From Octopus vulgaris (lineage: Eukaryota), in assembly GCA_951406725.2 (NCBI GenBank), contig OX597819.1, positions 49,786,001 to 49,850,000 of the forward strand: a stretch of 64,000 nt of DNA, read 5' to 3'. Every line of letters begins with the position of its first letter. Position 1 is the first letter of the stretch. This document shows positions 57,707-64,000 of this stretch, piece by piece. Under the pieces are notes generated by a model. The model did no database searches, was not told where the DNA came from, and saw nothing but the letters and a program-made list of their open reading frames with translations. The position numbers and the translations under genes were made by a program.

Positions 57707-58365
57707 TTTGTGGTATTTTGTCTGCCGTTACGTTGTGAGTTCAAATTCCGCCGAGGTCGACTTTGCCTTTCATCCTTTCGGGGTCGATAAATTAAGTACC
57801 AGTTACGCACTGGGGATCGATGGAATCGACTTAATCGCTTTGTCTGTCCTTGTTTGTCCCCTCTGTGTTTCGCCCCTTGTGGGTAGTAAAGAAATATATA
57901 TATATATTCCCCTGTTTTGCTAAGCAGCACAATGCATCGTTCGGTTCATGAATCGATACCATAAGCTAACGATCATATAAGTCCAATACCCTAACCACTA
58001 ATCCATGCGCTACCACATATCCTAAAGGTACGCTAAATCATTATTCTGTAAAATAGCCCATTCGAATAAACTTGGCTTCAATAACAAAACGATAAAGACC
58101 ACGTGTGTTTAAAAGTTACAAAGACTTCATTAGCATTAAAATAACACAGTCAAACAGCAACATGATGTCGGTGTATTTATAAAGGTATTTATCCAGAGAA
58201 TATAGGCTTCATTCTCACCTGGTCTGGATTTGGTAATTTTTTTCTCTTTAATCCAGTCTGTTTACGACCTACTTACATTTTATACACAAAAATATCGGAT
58301 AAAAATATAATCACGTCATTAATATGTTTTATATATATACACATTCAAATAGTCTTTTTCATTTT

Positions 58366-58427
<62 letters not shown>

Positions 58428-58466
58428 TTTCGCTTTCTGAATCTCTTCCTTTGCCTCTTTGTTTCG

Positions 58467-58509
<43 letters not shown>

Positions 58510-59164
58510 TATGTTAAACTATAATATAAACACGTGCAAAAAGAAGAGAGGAAAGAAAAATGTGACATTTCAGCAAGGATTTACTTCAAGAACGGTAAGA
58601 ATTTTGCCTTCTATGGAGTCTGGTCTGAAGAATGCCTGTATACCGCGCTTTAAAAGATTAGCGTACAAAAGGTTAAGCCAATTAAAATCCATTTTGATAT
58701 GGGTGAATGGGCAAGTTGTAGAGGTGTCAATCTCTATGACAATGTTTCAAAAGGATGATGGATCAGTAGGGTGTCTCTTGAGTTTTCTTTCATTTATTTT
58801 AACATATTTTTTTAGTAGTTCCGTCACCTGATGCTGCCTACCAATGTCTTAAACTAGGATGACAGAACATAAAAAAAAAAAAATCCCCCAAAATAACCTC
58901 CCGCCTGATGGTGTTTTTAGTCAGTGTTTCTTGTACAGTGTAGATAATGAGTGAATCGATACAGTGTTTGACTGGTACAAATGGTCTGTGAAAAATTCGA
59001 CACATCGTGCAACTTTAGTAGTATATGAGCTGAAATTACAAACGGTCGAAAGTGAATACAGTTAAACATTTCCTGTGAAGATTCTTGGGATATGACATCT
59101 CATATCATTAGGGATGAATGTTAATCATTTTTGATTGGCACAAAGCCTCCCCTAACTCTCTTTC

Positions 59165-59207
<43 letters not shown>

Positions 59208-59239
59208 CACACACACACACACACACACATACATACATA

Positions 59240-60051
59240 TAAGAGGGTGGGCTGAAAAGTTCATAGGCTGACTAAGAAGGAGTTATCATACAGTAATTAA
59301 ATTTGGCATGTATTAAATTCAACCCATTTCCTTTCTAGGTAAATTCGACCTGTTTCTTTTCTACACTGGATACAAAATTGAGGACTTGGAAAAGTGGTAC
59401 TAGAGACCGTGAAAATGGATAAAATTTGGCATTGTGGTGTTATTTGCAGAAAAGGGGGTTACACCCAAGGATATTCATGCAAACATGGTTGCTACATTAG
59501 AGGACGATATTCCAACTTTATCAACTGTGCAAAAGTGGGCAGCTGAATTCAAGAGGGGTAAGGAGAGTTTTGAAAATGACCCAAGGTCTGGACGTTCTGC
59601 CACAGCTACCACCCAAGAAAACATCGACTTTTTCATCACAAGGTGATGGCTGACAGACATTTAAATGTTAATCAGATAGCTAATGGGGTCCTGCTTCCTA
59701 AGACAACGCTTCTACACACAAGTCTGTGGTTGCAATGGCTGCTGTGCGCGACTGGTTAATCATCCTTCATATTCTCCTGATTTGGCACCATCTGACTATT
59801 TTTTGTTCTCCAACCAGAAAAACACTTGGCTGAAAAACAGTATCGGACCGATGATGAGGTCATATCTGCTGTTGAGGACTTTTCTGGGGATCAGGATGGG
59901 GGCTTTTATACCACGGGAATCCAAGCGCTGCAACACCGTTGGAAGAAGTGTATGGGCCGCAGGGGAGGCTATGTCGAAAAATAAAAACCATTTGGTCAAG
60001 TTCGACCATTGCATCGTGGTCAGCGTTTGAATTTTTCAGCCCACCCTCGTA
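59240..60051 (+). mobile_element. Internally deleted mariner with both TIRs
   Basis: TAAGAGGGTGGGCTGAAAAGTTCA / TGAATTTTTCAGCCCACCCTCGTA; VQKWAAEFKRG..DPRSGR, HPSYSPDLAPSDYFLF, RWKKC..GGYVEK*. Confidence 0.92.
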
Positions 60052-60439
60052 TTACACACACACACATATTAACTACATGAGAGCAATCTTCTCACGAGTT
60101 ACAACTGTGATGTTGGTAAAACATGTTCTTTGTCTATCTACTTATCCATTTGGAGATTTTGGGTAAAATTATACTAATGTGTCCTTCAAATTTAATTAAA
60201 TTCTATGTTTTTATGCAGCTGAAGATTGCTCTACATTTTAAATTGATGTAATGATTGCATTGTTCAATTAAATGGAGTCGCATGAAACGATAGTACAGCA
60301 TTATCTCTGGATATCCTTGTTGCTTATTTTAATTTTAATAACCTTATTTTAAATTGTTTGGATAATACCATACTAAATTCTGGTGCCTCAACTTAAGTAC
60401 TATATTCATCTGAATCTAAATTATATATATATATATATA

Positions 60440-60620
60440 TGCATAGCCACTACATATTCCATATTTTCTCTCATTGTTTCTTTCTGTGTTCCTTTCTGTG
60501 GAAGAGCGTAGGCTCGAAACATTAAGGACTTTTTCACTTCCCGAGCGTTATACTAATACATTTGTTTGTTGCCTACACAACCTGTCTTCGTCTTTTGTTC
60601 TTTTTGTGAATTCCCCCTAC
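60440..60620 (+). mobile_element. ~175-bp hammerhead-family repeat
   Basis: CCTTT-CTGTGGA-A-GAGC(GTAG)GCTC-GAAA-CATT-AAGG at 60491-60527. Confidence 0.72.
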
Positions 60621-60660
60621 TTACTTGGAAAAGGATGCGTGGCTTTCGGTCATATAAAAA

Positions 60661-60886
60661 TATAAATAATATATAAATATATGCATATATACATACATAT
60701 ATGTAGACACCTACATATACATGTATATATACATGCATATATGGGTACAGAACATCAAAAAAAAATTTTTGATGTCCTGTACCCATATATGCATGTGTGT
60801 ATATATATGTGTATATATATATACATATATATGTAGGTATGTACATATATGTATGTATATATGCATATATTTATACATTATTTATA
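60661..60886. repeat. Fold-back palindrome centred at ~60762
   Basis: CATGCATATATGGGTACAGAACATCAAAAA / TTTTTGATGTCCTGTACCCATATATGCATG plus outer arms. Confidence 0.8.
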
Positions 60887-60917
60887 TTATATATGTATAA
60901 ATATATATGTATATATA

Positions 60918-60952
<35 letters not shown>

Positions 60953-60954
<2 letters not shown>

Positions 60955-61231
60955 CACACGTGATCACGTGACCGACCAGACCATCAGATGTTGTTACACA
61001 TCGCTGGTCACATTGTTTTAGCCTTCGAATGACGCCACCCCGCTGGCTAGGCGAGCAGGCCAACAGGAGAAAGAGTGGTGGAAGGGTACAGCAGGGATCA
61101 CCACCCCCTGCCGGAGCCTCGTGGAGCTTTTAGGTGTTTTTGCTCAATAAACACTCACAAGGCCCGGTCTGGGAATCGGTCTGGGATCCTACGACCGCGA
61201 GTCCGCTGCCCTAACCACTGGGCCATTGTGC

Positions 61232-61233
<2 letters not shown>
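60953..61233 (-). mobile_element. Family C SINE
   Basis: Reverse complement of 57327-57620. Confidence 0.88.
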
Positions 61234-61287
<54 letters not shown>

Positions 61288-61547
61288 CTTGTTGTATGAC
61301 CGAAAGTCGTTCGTTTGTTGTATACATATCATTCTAGCTTTCTTGTTCTTGCTTTCGTTCTTGCATACATTCGTTTCCTTTTTCCAGAAGTGTAATGCTC
61401 TGGCACTTGCGGGATTCGAGCGATCTGAGGGATTAAAAAAAATGCGAAGCCGCGAGGACTTTGTTATATTTTCCGTCTATTTTTTCGTATGTTTTTTGGG
61501 TCATGTTCTTTCTCTCCCACCCTTGATTTATACATATATATATATAT

Positions 61548-62300
61548 GAGGGACCTGGGTATCGACATGAGTGATGATACCTCTTTCCAAGTGCACATTA
61601 CCAGGATGTTGACAAAGTGCTGATGACTTGCTGGATGGATCCTAAGAACATTCAGAATCAAAGATAAGGAAACCATAATGGTCCTCTGGCAGACATTCGT
61701 CCTCAGCCGCCTGGATTACTGCTAACAGATACGGTAACCCACCAGTGTGAAATTAACAGCGGACCTTGAAGCAATCCACAAAGATTCACAAAGAAGATCG
61801 TCTCTTTGCAACAGCTCAGCTACTGGGAAAGTTTGAAACAGCTAAGACTCTACTCCCTGGAGAGAAGACATGAGAGGTATGCAGTAATATATATCTGGAA
61901 GATCCTGGAAGGAATTGTACCAAATTTTGGCATTGAAAGCTACACCAATGCCAGAACGGGACGACACTGCTTAGTGCCAAAGATCCCAGCAACGCCATCG
62001 CGCTTCAAGACCAGTTAGTGCAACAGCCTGGGTTTCAGGGGCCCACAGCTTTTTAATATTCTTCCAAAGAGCCTGAGGAACCTGCACAAAGTAGATGTAG
62101 AGGTTTTTAAATCAAAGCTGGACCTCTTCCTGTAGAGAGTCCCAGATGAATCTACCTCACGTCAAGAGGTGCAAATAAGGGTAGCTACATCAAACCCCAT
62201 TCTTCACCAAGTGCCACATACTAGAGAAGGCTCTCAGTAATAACAGTGTAGCAAAGCGGTGGTGCATCAGCATGGCCGCAGCTCTGAGCTGAAATTAGAG
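61548..62300 (+). mobile_element. 5'-truncated CR1-group LINE, decayed ORF2 C-terminus plus 3'UTR
   Basis: RDLGI, WILRTF, VLSRLDYC, LSYWESLKQLRLYSLERRHER..IYIWKI, GPQLFNILP, FKSKLDLFL; several stops. Confidence 0.88.
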
Positions 62301-62322
62301 ATAATATATATATACGTACTTA

Positions 62323-63090
62323 TAATAAGGGATGACCACTAAGTGGACATCCAATATACTAGAAGAAGATCATCTACGATCTAACTACAAAAAAAAAAAG
62401 AATGTTCTTTATAGACATTCAGCAAACACCAGAACAAAAGTGGGTAAGAAAGATGAAAATACAAAAAATACAGAATTAATTGACGATATTTACTTACATA
62501 ATCATCGTCCGTGGACTCTTCACTACTATCGTTCCAATTCATTATAATTTATAGAACTATACACAAGTTGTCCTCATAAAATTAGATGTGTGTATAGTTC
62601 TACCGATTACATTGGGGTTATTTTCAAATGTCTAAGTTCTGTCGCGCTAAATCCCGGAAACAGTTCCGCAGTAGATAATGTTTGAGAACATAATTATTTA
62701 AAATTTAAATAATGAGGGTGATAAAATGAATACTAATTTAATTAACATCAATTTAAAACTAGTAGCCTAGTATATAGAAAAATCTGAAAATTCTGAAAAA
62801 AACCGGTCTACGATTAATTTTGTATTTTGTATATTTTCATCTGTCTTACCCGCTTTTGTTCTGGTGTTTTCTGAATTTCTCTAGAGAACATTCTTTTCTT
62901 TGTAGTTAGATCGTAGATGATCTTCATCTAGCATATTGGATGTCCACTTAGTGGTCATCCCTTATTACTCGCATGTATTACAATTTTTCTGAATTTTCAG
63001 ATTTTTCTAAATGTTGGGCTACTGGATTTAAATTGATCTTAATTAAATTAGTATTCAATTATTTAAATTACCCTCATTATTTAAATTTTA
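62323..63090. repeat. Interleaved inverted repeats A-X-B-A'-B' between (TA)n tracts; probable Penelope-like derivative
   Basis: A 62323-62480 / A' 62813-62967; B 62699-62800 / B' 62984-63090. Confidence 0.8.
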
Positions 63091-63233
63091 TAAATATATA
63101 TATATATATATCAACAATAAAGGAACGGCCATAATAGGCCATTCACCCACTAGAAATAACAGCCAAAGCTTCAACCGCAAATAAAAGTTAATTCAGTAAA
63201 CCAGGAGAAAATTTAAAAAACATTTACCCTGTA

Positions 63234-63340
63234 ATTTCTTATACGATATACCGTTTCATCTGCTGATTAATGGTAAACTAACCTGATTAAATTAAATCAA
63301 GCCAATCTTCCACAGGCCCTCAGATTCATCAGTAAGAAAT
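63234..63340 (-). ncRNA. Type I hammerhead ribozyme, canonical core (copy 1)
   Basis: AUUUCUUA-CUGAUGA-AUCUG[58 nt]CAGAU-GAAA-CGG(UAUA)UC-GUA-UAAGAAAU; 8-bp stem I; predicted cleavage between 63242 and 63241. Confidence 0.9.
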
Positions 63341-63725
63341 AGCCCAAGACGGAACAGATATTTTCACGAGGCATTTCCGACGTTGCCAAGTTTATATCTG
63401 ACCTAAAATTTTCAAATCGTCGCACTCGCGCCAAATTTATCGGCAGCAAATAAATATAAGCCGTCGATTCCATTACGGAATTAACCAGAAAATTCATAAT
63501 TAATCAATATAGGGTGGCAAAAAAATTTTGTAGAATTCTTTTGCCACCAGCGGCCTAGTAGGAAAAAATTAAAATAGTCATAGACCATTTTTAAGTTCAA
63601 CATCAACAATAAAGGAACGGCCATAATAGGCCATTCACCCACTAGAAATAACAGCCAAAGCTTCAACCGCAAATAAAAGTTAATTCAGTAAACCAGGAGA
63701 AAATTTTAAAAACATTTACCCTGTA

Positions 63726-63832
63726 ATTTCTTATACGATATACCGTTTCATCTGCTGATTAATGGTAAACTAACCTGATTAAATTAAATCAAGCCAATCT
63801 TCCACAGGCCCTCAGATTCATCAGTAAGAAAT
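63726..63832 (-). ncRNA. Type I hammerhead ribozyme, canonical core (copy 2)
   Basis: Identical to copy 1; predicted cleavage between 63734 and 63733. Confidence 0.9.
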
Positions 63833-64000
63833 AGCCCAAGACGGAACAGATATTTTCACGAGGCATTTCCGACGTTGCCAAGTTTATATCTGACCTAAAA
63901 TTTTCAAATCGTCGCACTCGCGCCAAATTTATCGGCAGCAAATAAATATAAGCCGTCGATTCCATTACGGAATTAACCAGAAAATTCATAATTAATCAAT

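Larger units (their letters stand above)
63110..64000 (-). repeat. 492-bp tandem repeat (1.8 units visible) with one hammerhead per unit; candidate non-LTR retrozyme
   Basis: 63111 onward repeats at 63603; only one substitution noticed over ~400 bp; identical ORF-track entries 492 bp apart. Confidence 0.95.

Noticed and set aside
63297-63989. Two identical 66-aa ORFs
   Set aside because: By-product of the 492-bp repeat; no recognisable domain and overlaps the ribozyme

Overview
Eukaryotic, AT-rich, extremely microsatellite- and retroposon-dense DNA with no supportable host protein-coding gene (intron or intergenic). The SINE families and microsatellite load resemble octopus DNA (inference, not verified). 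Almost all ORFs in the track are translations of simple repeats or SINEs. Real coding remnants come from non-LTR retrotransposons (Tx1/L1-like, two RTE, R4/Dong-like, CRE-like, CR1-group) and mariner transposases. Three tRNA-derived SINE families (A, B, C) occur in many copies, alongside several MITEs. Best find: a near-perfect 492-bp tandem repeat at the right edge (63110-64000, cut by the window end) carries one complete, canonical type I hammerhead ribozyme per monomer on the minus strand, the layout of a non-LTR retrozyme or self-processing circular-RNA satellite. At least four other short repeat families carry minimal or degenerate hammerheads, often in fold-back arrangements typical of Penelope-like elements. 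Also visible: a twin-primed (5'-inverted) RTE insertion with a 12-bp TSD, and two apparent SINE-LINE partnerships (shared 3' tails) readable within this window. Coordinates of old repeats are approximate and everything was read by eye.
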